Assembly: GCF_964355755.1 (NCBI RefSeq)
Contig: NC_092679.1
Coordinates: 9,144,201-9,208,200, forward strand
Direction of reading: 5' to 3'
DNA from: Antedon mediterranea
Taxonomy: Eukaryota > Animalia > Echinodermata
Length of the DNA stretch: 64,000 nucleotides
In this document: piece after piece, positions 1-12,600 of the stretch
How the letters are laid out: each line of letters starts with the position of its first letter
Numbering within the stretch: position 1 is the first letter of the stretch
Notes under the pieces: model-generated
Told to the model about the DNA's origin: nothing
The model's database searches: none
The model's input: the letters and a program-made list of their open reading frames with translations, nothing else
Translations under genes and position numbers: made by a program

Positions 1-174
1 ACCATTTTGTGATTTTCGAAAAACTTGTTAACATAAAAACATCAAAGTGTACAGAATAGCTTCAAATCGCATTTGGAGACGTTTTAGACCATTTTGTGAT
101 TTTCGAAAAACTTGTTAACATAAAAACATCAAAGTGTACAGAATAGCTTCAAATCGCATTTGGAGACGTTTTAG

Positions 175-425
175 ACAATTTTGTGATTTTCGAAAAACTT
201 GGTTACACAAAAACATCAAAGTGCTTGAAATCACATTAGAAACCGTTTTAGACCATTTTGAGCATTTCGATAAAACATTTCACACAAAAACATCAAAGAG
301 CACAAAGTAGCTTAATATCGTATTTAAAAACGTTTTTGACCATTTTGAGCATTTCGAAAGAAAATTTTCACACAAAACATCAAAGTGTACAGAATAGCTT
401 CAAATCGCATTTGGAAACGTTTTAG
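175..425 (+). repeat. Divergent trimer cassette A (77+87+87 bp), example copy
   Basis: A short monomer with GTGCTTGAAATCACATTAGAAACCG is followed by monomers with CGATAAAACATTTCAC...GAGCACAAAGTAGCTTAATATCG and CGA(A/C)AGAAAATTTTCAC. It recurs about 29 times in the forward half (e.g. ~1180, 1700, 2480, 4830, 8470, 10030, 39340) and inverted in the right half. Confidence 0.93.
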
Positions 426-744
426 ACCATTTTGTGATTTTCGAAAAACTTGTTAACACAAAAACACAAAAGTGCTTAGAATAGCTTCAAATCGCATTTG
501 TAGACGTTTTAGACCATTTTGTGATTTTCGAAAAAACTTGTTAACCTAAAAACACCAAAGTGCTTTAAATAGCTTCAAATCGCATTTACAGACATTTTAG
601 ACCCTTTTGTGATTTTCGAAAAAACTTGTTAACATAAAAACATCAAAGTGTACAGATTAGCTACAAATCGCATTTGTAGACGTTTTAGACCATTTTGTGA
701 TTTTCGAAAAAACTTGCTAACATAAAAACATCAAAGTGTACAGA

Positions 745-3700
745 ATAGCTTCAAATCGCATTTGTAGACGTTTTAGACCATTTTGTGATTTTCGAAAAAA
801 CTTGTTAACATAAAAACATCAAAGTGTACAGAATAGCTTCAAATCGCATTTGGAGACGTTTTAGACCATTTTGTGATTTTCGAAAAAACTTGTTAACATA
901 AAAACACCAAAGTGCTTAGAATAGCTTCAAATCGCATTTGGAGACATTTTAGACCATTTTGTGATTTTCGAAAAAAGTTGTTAACATAAAAACATCAAAT
1001 TGTACAGAAAAGCTTCAAATCGCATTTAGAGACGTTTTAGACCATTTTGTGATTTTCAAAAAAACTTGTTAACATAAAAACACCAAAGTGCTTAGAATAG
1101 CTTCAAATCGCATTTGGAGACGTTTTAGACAATTTTGTGATTTTCAAAAAACTTGGTTACACAAAAACATCAAAGTGCTTGAAATCACATTAGAAACCGT
1201 TTTAGACCATTTTGAGCATTTCGATAAAACATTTCACACAAAAACATCAAAGAGCACAAAGTAGCTTAATATCGTATTTAAAAACGTTTTTGACCATTTT
1301 GAGCATTTCGACAGAAAATTTTCACACAAAACATCAAAGTGTACAGAATAGCTTCAAATCGCATTTGGAAACGTTTTAGACCATTTTGTGATTTTCGAAA
1401 AAACTTGTTAACATAAAAGCATCAAAGTGTACAGAATAGCTTCAAATCGCATTTGTAGACGTTTTAGACCATTTTGTGATTTTCGAAAAAAGTTGTTAAC
1501 ATAAAAACATCAAATTGTACAGAAAAGCTTCAAATCGCATTTAGAGACGTTTTAGACCATTTTGTGATTTTCAAAAAAACTTGTTAACATAAAAACACCA
1601 AAGTGCTTAGAATAGCTTCAAATCGCATTTGGAGACGTTTTAGACAATTTTGTGATTTTCAAAAAACTTGGTTTCACAAAAACATCAAAGTGCTTGAAAT
1701 CACATTAGAAACCGTTTTAGACCATTTTGAGCATTTCGATAAAACATTTCACACAAAAACATCAAAGAGCACAAAGTAGCTTAATATCGTATTTAAAAAC
1801 GTTTTTGACCATTTTGAGCATTTCGACAGAAAATTTTCACACAAAACATCAAAGTGTACAGAATAGCTTCAAATCGCATTTGGAAACGTTTTAGACCATT
1901 TTGTGATTTTCGAAAAAACTTGTTAACATAAAAGCATCAAAGTGTACAGAATAGCTTCAAATCGCATTTGTAGACGTTTTAGACCATTTTGTGATTTTCG
2001 AAAAAACTTGTTAACATAAAAACATCAAAGTGTACAGAATAGCTTCAAATCGCATTTGGAGACGTTTTAGACCATTTTGTGATTTTCGAAAAAACTTGTT
2101 AACATAAAAACACCAAAGTGTACAGAAAAGCTTCAAATCGCTATTGGAGACGTTTTAGACCATTTTGTGATTTTCGAAAAAAATTGTTTCCATAAAAACA
2201 CCAAAGTGCTTAGAATAGCTTCAAATCGCATTTGGAGACATTTTAGACCATTTTGTGATTTTCGAAAAAAGTTGTTAAACATAAAAACATTAAAGTGTAC
2301 AGAAAAGCTTAAAATTGCATTTAGAGACGTTTTAGACCATTTTGTGATTTTCAAAAAAACTTGTTAACATAAAAACATCAAAGTGTACAGAATAGCTTCA
2401 AATCGCATTTGGAGACGTTTTAGACAATTTTGTGATTTTCGAAAAACTTGGTTACACAAAAACATCAAAGTGCTTGAAATCACATTAGAAACCGTTTTAG
2501 ACCATTTTGAGCATTTCGATAAAACATTTCACACAAAAACATCAAAGAGCACAAAGTAGCTTAATATCGTATTTAAAAACGTTTTTGACCATTTTGAGCA
2601 TTTCGACAGAAAATTTTCACACAAAACATCAAAGTGTACAGAATAGCTTCAAATCGCATTTGGAAACGTTTTAGACCATTTTGTGATTTTCGAAAAAACT
2701 TGTTAACATAAAAACATCAAAGTGTACAGATTAGCTTCAAATCGCATTTGGAGACGTTTTAGACCATTTTGTGATTTTCGAAAAAACTTGTTAACATAAA
2801 AACACCAAAGTGTACAGAAAAGCTTCAAATCGCTATTGGAGACGTTTTAGACCATTTTGTGATTTTCGAAAAAAATTGTTTCCATAAAAACACCAAAGTG
2901 CTTAGAATAGCTTCAAATCGCATTTGGAGACATTTTAGACCATTTTGTGATTTTCGAAAAAAGTTGTTAAACATAAAAACATTAAAGTGTACAGAAAAGC
3001 TTCAAATCGCATTTAGAGACGTTTTAGACCATTTTGTGATTTTCAAAAAAACTTGTTAACATAAAAACACCAAAGTGCTTAGAATAGCTTCAAATCGCAT
3101 TTGTAGACGTTTTAGACCATTTTGTGATTTTCGAAAAAACCTGTTAACCTAAAAACACCAAAGTGCTTTAAATAGCTTCAAATCGCATTTACAGACATTT
3201 TAGACCCTTTTGTGATTTTCGAAAAAACTTGGTTACACAAAAACACAAAAGTGCTTAAAATAGCTTTAAATCGCATTTGGAGATGTTTTAGACCATTTTG
3301 TGATTTTCGAAAAAACTTGTTAACATAAAAACACCAAAGTGTACAGAATAGCTTTAAATCGCATTTGGAGATGTTTTAGACCATTTTGTGATTTTCTAAA
3401 AAACTTGTTAACATAAAAACATCAAAGTGTACAGAATAGCTTCAAATCGCATTTGGAGACGTTTTAGACAATTTTGTGATTTTCGAAAAACTTGTTAACA
3501 CAAAAACACCAAAGTGCTTAAAATAGCTTCAAATCACATTTGGAGACATTTTAGACCCTTTTGTGATTTTCAAAAAAAACTTGGTTACACAAAAGCACCT
3601 AAGTGCTTAAAATAGCTTCAAATCGCATTTGGAGACGTTTTAGACCATTTTGTGATTTTCGAAAAAACTAGTTAACATAAAAACATCAAAGTGCTTAAAA

Positions 3701-6700
3701 TCACATTAGAAATCGTTTTAGACCATTTTGAGCATTTTGCTAAAACTTTTCACAAAAAAACATCAAAGAGTACAAAATAGCTTAATATCGTGTTTAAAAA
3801 CGTTTTAGACCATTTTGAGCATTTCGAAAAACTTGTTAACACAAAAACACCAAAGTGCTTAAAATAGCTTCAAATCGCATTTGGAGACGTTTTAGACCAT
3901 TTTGTGAGTTTCGAAAAAATTTGTTTAAATAAAAACACCCATGTGCTAAGAATAGTTTAAAATCGCATTTGCAGACGTTTTAGACCATTTTGTGATTTTC
4001 GAAAAAACTTGTTAACATAAAAACACAAAAGTGCTTAGAATAGCTTCAAATTGCATTTGTAGACGTTTTAGACCATTTTGTGATTTTCGAAAAAACTTGT
4101 TAACATAAAAACATCAAAGTGTACAGAATAGCTTCAAATCGCATTTGGAGACGTTTTAGACCATTTTGTGATTTTCGAAAAAACTTGTTAACATAAAAAC
4201 ACCAAAGTGTAAAGAAAAGCTTCAAATCGCTATTGGAGACGTTTTAGACCATTTTGTGATTTTTGAAAAAAATTGTTTCCATAAAAACACCAAAGTGCTT
4301 AGAATAGCTTCAAATCGCATTTGGAGACATTTTAGACCATTTTGTGATTTTCGAAAAAAGTTGTTAACATAAAAACATCAAAGTGTACAGAATAGCTTAA
4401 AATCGCTATTGGAGACGTTTTAGACCATTTTGTGATTTTCGAAAAAACTTGTTAACATAAAAACATCAAAGTGCTTAGAATAGCTTCAAATCGCATTTGG
4501 AGACATTTTAGACCATTTTGTGATTTTCGAAAAAAGTTGTTAACATAAAAACATCAAAGTGTACAGAAAAGCTTCAAATCGCATTTAGAGACGTTTTAGA
4601 CCATTTTGTGATTTTCAAAAAAACTTGTTAACATAAAAACACCAAAGTGCTTAGAATAGCTTAAAATCGCATTTGGAGACGTTTTAGACCATTTTATGAT
4701 TTTCGAAAAACTTGTTAACATAAAAACATCAAAGTGTACAGAATAGCTTCAAATCGCATTTGGAGACGTTTTAGACAATTTTGTGATTTTCGAAAAACTT
4801 GGTTACACAAAAACATCAAAGTGCTTGAAATCACATTAGAAACCGTTTTAGACCATTTTGAGCATTTCGATAAAACATTTCACACAAAAACATCAAAGAG
4901 CACAAAGTAGCTTAATATCGTATTTAAAAACGTTTTTGACCATTTTGAGCATTTCGACAGAAAATTTTCACACAAAACATCAAAGTGTACAGAATAGCTT
5001 CAAATCGCATTTGGAAACGTTTTAGACCATTTTGTGATTTTTGAAAAAACTTGTTAACATAAAAGCATCAAAGTGTACAGTATAGCTTCAAATCGCATTT
5101 GTAGACGTTTTAGACCATTTTGTGATTTTCGAAAAAACTTGTTAACATAAAAACATCAAAGTGTACAGAATAGCTTCAAATCGCATTTGGAGACGTTTTA
5201 GACCATTTTGTGATTTTCGAAAAAACTTGTTAACATAAAAACACCAAAGTGCTTAGAATAGCTTCAAATCGCATTTGGAGACATTTTAGACCATTTTGTG
5301 ATTTTCGAAAAAAGTTGTTAACATAAAAACATCAAATTGTACAGAAAAGCTTCAAATCGCATTTAGAGACGTTTTAGACCATTTTGTGATTTTCAAAAAA
5401 ACTTGTTAACATAAAAACACCAAAGTGCTTAGAATAGCTTCAAATCGCATTTGGAGACGTTTTAGACAATTTTGTGATTTTCAAAAAACTTGGTTACACA
5501 AAAACATCAAAGTGCTTGAAATCACATTAGAAACCGTTTTAGACCATTTTGAGCATTTCGATAAAACATTTCACACAAAAACATCAAAGAGCACAAAGTA
5601 GCTTAATATCGTATTTAAAAACGTTTTTGACCATTTTGAGCATTTCGACAGAAAATTTTCACACAAAACATCAAAGTGTACAGAATAGCTTCAAATCGCA
5701 TTTGGAAACGTTTTAGACCATTTTGTGATTTTCGAAAAAACTTGTTAACATAAAAGCATCAAAGTGTACAGAATAGCTTCAAATCGCATTTGTAGACGTT
5801 TTAGACCATTTTGTGATTTTCGAAAAAAGTTGTTAACATAAAAACATCAAATTGTACAGAAAAGCTTCAAATCGCATTTAGAGACGTTTTAGACCATTTT
5901 GTGATTTTCAAAAAAACTTGTTAACATAAAAACACCAAAGTGCTTAGAATAGCTTCAAATCGCATTTGGAGACGTTTTAGACAATTTTGTGATTTTCAAA
6001 AAACTTGGTTACACAAAAACATCAAAGTGCTTGAAATCACATTAGAAACCGTTTTAGACCATTTTGAGCATTTCGATAAAACATTTCACACAAAAACATC
6101 AAAGAGCACAAAGTAGCTTAATATCGTATTTAAAAACGTTTTTGACCATTTTGAGCATTTCGACAGAAAATTTTCACACAAAACATCAAAGTGTACAGAA
6201 TAGCTTCAAATCGCATTTGGAAACGTTTTAGACCATTTTGTGATTTTCGAAAAAACTTGTTAACATAAAAGCATCAAAGTGTACAGAATAGCTTCAAATC
6301 GCATTTGTAGACGTTTTAGACCATTTTGTGATTTTCGAAAAAACTTGTTAACATAAAAACATCAAAGTGTACAGAATAGCTTCAAATCGCATTTGGAGAC
6401 GTTTTAGACCATTTTGTGATTTTCGAAAAAACTTGTTAACATAAAAACACCAAAGTGTACAGAAAAGCTTCAAATCGCTATTGGAGACGTTTTAGACCAT
6501 TTTGTGATTTTCGAAAAAAATTGTTTCCATAAAAACACCAAAGTGCTTAGAATAGCTTCAAATCGCATTTGGAGACATTTTAGACCATTTTGTGATTTTC
6601 GAAAAAAGTTGTTAAACATAAAAACATTAAAGTGTACAGAAAAGCTTAAAATTGCATTTAGAGACGTTTTAGACCATTTTGTGATTTTCAAAAAAACTTG

Positions 6701-7568
6701 TTAACATAAAAACATCAAAGTGTACAGAATAGCTTCAAATCGCATTTGGAGACGTTTTAGACAATTTTGTGATTTTCGAAAAACTTGGTTACACAAAAAC
6801 ATCAAAGTGCTTGAAATCACATTAGAAACCGTTTTAGACCATTTTGAGCATTTCGATAAAACATTTCACACAAAAACATCAAAGAGCACAAAGTAGCTTA
6901 ATATCGTATTTAAAAACGTTTTTGACCATTTTGAGCATTTCGACAGAAAATTTTCACACAAAACATCAAAGTGTACAGAATAGCTTCAAATCGCATTTGG
7001 AAACGTTTTAGACCATTTTGTGATTTTCGAAAAAACTTGTTAACATAAAAACATCAAAGTGTACAGATTAGCTTCAAATCGCATTTGGAGACGTTTTAGA
7101 CCATTTTGTGATTTTCGAAAAAACTTGTTAACATAAAAACACCAAAGTGTACAGAAAAGCTTCAAATCGCTATTGGAGACGTTTTAGACCATTTTGTGAT
7201 TTTCGAAAAAAATTGTTTCCATAAAAACACCAAAGTGCTTAGAATAGCTTCAAATCGCATTTGGAGACATTTTAGACCATTTTGTGATTTTCGAAAAAAG
7301 TTGTTAAACATAAAAACATTAAAGTGTACAGAAAAGCTTCAAATCGCATTTAGAGACGTTTTAGACCATTTTGTGATTTTCAAAAAAACTTGTTAACATA
7401 AAAACACCAAAGTGCTTAGAATAGCTTCAAATCGCATTTGTAGACGTTTTAGACCATTTTGTGATTTTCGAAAAAACTTGTTAACCTAAAAACACCAAAG
7501 TGCTTTAAATAGCTTCAAATCGCATTTACAGACATTTTAGACCCTTTTGTGATTTTCGAAAAAACTTG
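745..7568 (+). repeat. ~2.49 kb block (745-3231) duplicated at 5082-7568 (offset 4337), with internal 515-bp (6-mer) and 692-bp (8-mer) repeats
   Basis: ORF pairs 2167/6504 and 2859/7196 are offset by 4337, and 2167/2859 by 692. The CAAATTGTAC marker at 996/1511 is offset by 515. Differences were seen at 1674/6011 and 3141/7478. Confidence 0.85.
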
Positions 7569-9634
7569 TTAACATAAAAACATCAAAGTGTACAGATTAG
7601 CTTCAAATCGCATTTGGAGACGTTTTAGACCATTTTGTGATTTTCGAAAAAACTTGTTAACATAAAAACACCAAAGTGTACAGAAAAGCTTCAAATCGCT
7701 ATTGGAGACGTTTTAGACCATTTTGTGATTTTCGAAAAAAATTGTTTCCATAAAAACACCAAAGTGCTTAGAATAGCTTCAAATCGCATTTGGAGACATT
7801 TTAGACCATTTTGTGATTTTCGAAAAAAGTTGTTAACATAAAAACATCAAAGTGTACAGAAAAGCTTCAAATCGCATTTAGAGACGTTTTAGACCATTTT
7901 GTGATTTTCAAAAAAACTTGTTAACATAAAAACACCAAAGTGCTTAGAATAGCTTAAAATCGCATTTGGAGACGTTTTAGACCATTTTGTGATTTTCGAA
8001 AAACTTGTTAACATAAAAACATCAAAGTGTACAGAATAGCTTAAAATCGCTATTGGAGACGTTTTAGACCATTTTGTGATTTTCGAAAAAACTTGTTAAC
8101 ATAAAAACATCAAAGTGCTTAGAATAGCTTCAAATCGCATTTGGAGAAAATTTAGACCATTTTGTGATTTTCGAAAAAAGTTAACATAAAAACATTAAAG
8201 TGTACAGAAAAGCTTCAAATCGCATTTAGAGACGTTTTAGACCATTTTGTGATTTTCGAAAAACTTGTTAACATAAAAACATCAAAGTGTACAGAATAGC
8301 TTCAAATCGCATTTGGAGACGTTTTAGACCATTTTGTGATTTTCGAAAAACTTGTTAACATAAAAACATCAAAGTGTACAGAATAGCTTCAAATCGCATT
8401 TGGAGACGTTTTAGACAATTTTGTGATTTTCGAAAAACTTGGTTACACAAAAACATCAAAGTGCTTGAAATCACATTAGAAACCGTTTTAGACCATTTTG
8501 AGCATTTCGATAAAACATTTCACACAAAAACATCAAAGAGCACAAAGTAGCTTAATATCGTATTTAAAAACGTTTTTGACCATTTTGAGCATTTCGAAAG
8601 AAAATTTTCACACAAAACATCAAAGTGTACAGAATAGCTTCAAATCGCATTTGGAAACGTTTTAGACCATTTTGTGATTTTCGAAAAACTTGTTAACACA
8701 AAAACACCAAAGTGCTTAAAATAGCTTCAAATCGCATTTGGAGACGTTTTAGACCATTTTGTGATTTTCGAAAAAACTTGTTAACATAAAAACACAAAAG
8801 TGCTTAGAATAGCTTCAAATCGCATTTGTAGACGTTTTAGACCATTTTGTGATTTTCGAAAAAACTTGTTAATCTAAAAACACCAAAGTGCTTTAAATAG
8901 CTTCAAATCGCATTTACAGACATTTTAGACCCTTTTGTGATTTTCGAAAAAACTTGTTAACATAAAAACATCAAAGTGTACAGATTAGCTTCAAATCGCA
9001 TTTGTAGACGTTTTAGACCATTTTGTGATTTTCGAAAAAACTTGCTAACATAAAAACATCAAAGTGTACAGAATAGCTTCAAATCACATTTGGAGACGTT
9101 TTAGACGATTTTGTGGTTTTCGAAAAAAATTGTTTCCATAAAAACACCAAAGTGCTTAGAATAGCTTCAAATCGCATTTGGAGACATTTTAGACCATTTT
9201 GTGATTTTCGAAAAAACTTGTTAACATAAAAACACAAAAGTGCTTAGAATAGCTTCAAATCGCATTTGTAGACGTTTTAGACCATTTTGTGATTTTCGAA
9301 AAAACTTGGTAACATAAAAACATCAAAGTGCTTAGAATAGCTTCAAATCGCATTTACAGACATTTTAGACCCTTTTGTGATTTTCGAAAAAAGTTGTTAA
9401 CATAAAAACATCAAAGTGTACAGAAAAGCTTCAAATCGCATTTAGAGACGTTTTAGACCATTTTGTGATTTTCGAAAAAACTTGTTAACATAAAAACATC
9501 AAAGTTTACAGAATAGCTTCAAATCGCATTTGGAGACGTTTTAGACCATTTTGTGATTTTCGAAAAACTTGTTAACATAAAAACATCAAAGTGTACAGAA
9601 TAGCTTCAAATCGCATTTGGAGACGTTTTAGACA

Positions 9635-12600
9635 ATTTTGTGATTTTCGAAAAAAATTGTTTCCATAAAAACACCAAAGTGCTTAGAATAGCTTCAAATC
9701 GCATTTGGAGACATTTTAGACCATTTTGTGATTTTCGAAAAAACTTGTTAACATAAAAACATCAAAATGTACAGAAAAGCTTCAAATCTCATTTAGAGAC
9801 GTTTTAGACCATTTTGTGATTTCAAAAAAACTTGTTAACATAAAAACACCAAAGTGCTTAGAATAGCTTAAAATCGCATTTGGAGACGTTTTAGACCATT
9901 TTGTGATTTTCGAAAAACTTGTTAACATAAAAACATCAAAGAGTACAGAATAGCTTCAAATCGCATTTGGAGACGTTTTAGACAATTTTGTGATTTTCGA
10001 AAAACTTGGTTACACAAAAACATCAAAGTGCTTGAAATCACATTAGAAACCGTTTTAGACCATTTTGAGCATTTCGATAAAACATTTCACACAAAAACAT
10101 CAAAGAGCACAAAGTAGCTTAATATCGTATTTAAAAACGTTTTTGACCATTTTGAGCATTTCGACAGAAAATTTTCACACAAAACATCAAAGTGTACAGA
10201 ATAGCTTCAAATCGCATTTGGAAACGTTTTAGACCATTTTGAGCATTTCGAAAAACTTGTTAACACAAAAACACCAAAGTGCTTAAAATAGCTTCAAATC
10301 GCATTTGGAGACGTTTTAGACCATTTTGTGATTTTCGAAAAAACTTGTTAACATAAAAACACCAAAGTGCTTAAAATAGCTTTAAATCGCATTTGGAGAT
10401 GTTTTAGACCATTTTGTGATTTTCTAAAAAACTTGTTAACATAAAAACATCAAAGTGTACAGAATAGCTTCAAATCGCATTTGGAGACGTTTTAGACAAT
10501 TTGGTGATTTCCGAAAAACTTGTTAACACAAAAACACCAAAGTGCTTAAAATAGCTTCAAATCACATTTGGAGACATTTTAGACCCTTTTGTGATTTTCA
10601 AAAAAACTTGGTTACACAAAAGCACTTAAGTGCTTAAAATAGCTTCAAATCGCATTTGGAGACGTTTTAGACCATTTTGTGATTTTCGAAAAAACTAGTT
10701 AACATAAAAACATCAAAGTGCTTAAAATCACATTAGAAATCGTTTTAGACCATTTTGAGCATTTTGCTAAAACTTTTCACAAAAAAACACCAAAGAGCAC
10801 AAAATAGCTTAATATCGTGTTTAAAAACGTTTTAGACCATTTTGAGCATTTCGAAAAACTTGTTAACACAAAAACACCAAAGTGCTTAAAATAGCTTCAA
10901 ATCGCATTTGGAGACGTTTTAGACCATTTTGTGAGTTTCGAAAAAATTTGTTTAAATAAAAACACCCATGTGCTAAGAATAGTTTAAAATCGCATTTGCA
11001 GACGTTTTAGACCATTTTGTGATTTTCGAAAAAACTTGTTAACATAAAAACACAAAAGTGCTTAGAATAGCTTCAAATTGCATTTGTAGACGTTTTAGAC
11101 CATTTTGTGATCTTCGAAAAAACTTGTTAACATAAAAACATCAAAGTGTACAGAATAGCTTCAAATCGCATTTGGAGACGTTTTAGACCATTTTGTGATT
11201 TTCGAAAAAACTTGTTAACATAAAAACACCAAAGTGTAAAGAAAAGCTTCAAATCGCATTTGGAAACGTTTTAGACCATTTTGTGATTTTCGAAAAAACT
11301 TGTTAACATAAAAACATCAAAGTGTACAGATTAGCTTCAAATCGCATTTGGAGACGTTTTAGACCATTTTGTGATTTTCGAAAAAACTTGTTAACATAAA
11401 AACACCAAAGTGTACAGAAAAGCTTCAAATCGCTATTGGAGACGTTTTAGACCATTTTGTGATTTTCGAAAAAAATTGTTTCCATAAAAACACCAAAGTG
11501 CTTAGAATAGCTTCAAATCGCATTTGGAGACATTTTAGACCATTTTGTGATTTTCGAAAAAAGTTGTTAACATAAAAACATCAAAGTGTACAGAAAAGCT
11601 TCAAATCGCATTTAGAGACGTTTTAGACCATTTTGTGATTTTCAAAAAAACTTGTTAACATAAAAACACCAAAGTGCTTAGAATAGCTTAAAATCGCATT
11701 TGGAGAAGTTTTAGACCATTTTGTGATTTTCGAAAAACTTGTTAACATAAAAACATCAAAGTGTACAGAATAGCTTAAAATCGCTATTGGAGACGTTTTA
11801 GACCATTTTGTGATTTTCGAAAAAACTTGGTAACATAAAAACATCAAAGTGCTTAGAATAGCTTCAAATCGCATTTGGAGACATTTTAGACCATTTTGTG
11901 ATTTTCGAAAAAAGTTGTTAACATAAAAACATCAAAGTGTACAGAAAAGTTTCAAATCGCATTTAGAGACGTTTTAGACCATTTTGTGATTTTCGAAAAA
12001 CTTGTTAACATAAAAACATCAAAGTGTACAGAATAGCTTCAAATCGCATTTGGAGACGTTTTAGACCATTTTGTGATTTTCGAAAAACTTGTTAACATAA
12101 AAACATCAAAGTGTACAGAATAGCTTCAAATCGCATTTGGAGACGTTTTAGATAATTTTGTGATTTTCGAAAAACTTGGTTACACAAAAACATCAAAGTG
12201 CTTGAAATCACATTAGAAACCGTTTTAGACCATTTTGAGCATTTCGATAAAACATTTCACACAAAAACATCAAAGAGCACAAAGTAGCTTAATATCGTAT
12301 TTAAAAACGTTTTTGACCATTTTGAGCATTTCGAAAGAAAATTTTCACACAAAACATCAAAGTGTACAGAATAGCTTCAAATCGCATTTGGAAACGTTTT
12401 AGACCATTTTGTGATTTTCGAAAAACTTGTTAACACAAAAACACCAAAGTGCTTAAAATAGCTTCAAATCGCATTTGGAGACGTTTTAGACCATTTTGTG
12501 ATTTTCGAAAAAACTTGTTAACATAAAAACACAAAAGTGCTTAGAATAGCTTCAAATCGCATTTGGAGACATTTTAGACCATTTTGTGATTTTCGAAAAA

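Noticed and set aside
13-30. CENP-B box suggested by TTCG followed by an A-run
   Set aside because: The required downstream CGGG of NTTCGNNNNANNCGGGN was not seen in any monomer.
1-87. Assignment to a named satellite family or species
   Set aside because: I do not recognise the consensus with confidence. A database search is needed.
82-90. Telomere-like TTTTAG motif
   Set aside because: It occurs once per monomer with no G-run and no tandem telomeric repeats.
2138-2148. CGCTATTGG vs CGCATTTGG variant as a possible micro-inversion or regulatory motif
   Set aside because: It is simply a two-base variant inherited through HOR copies, useful only as a marker.
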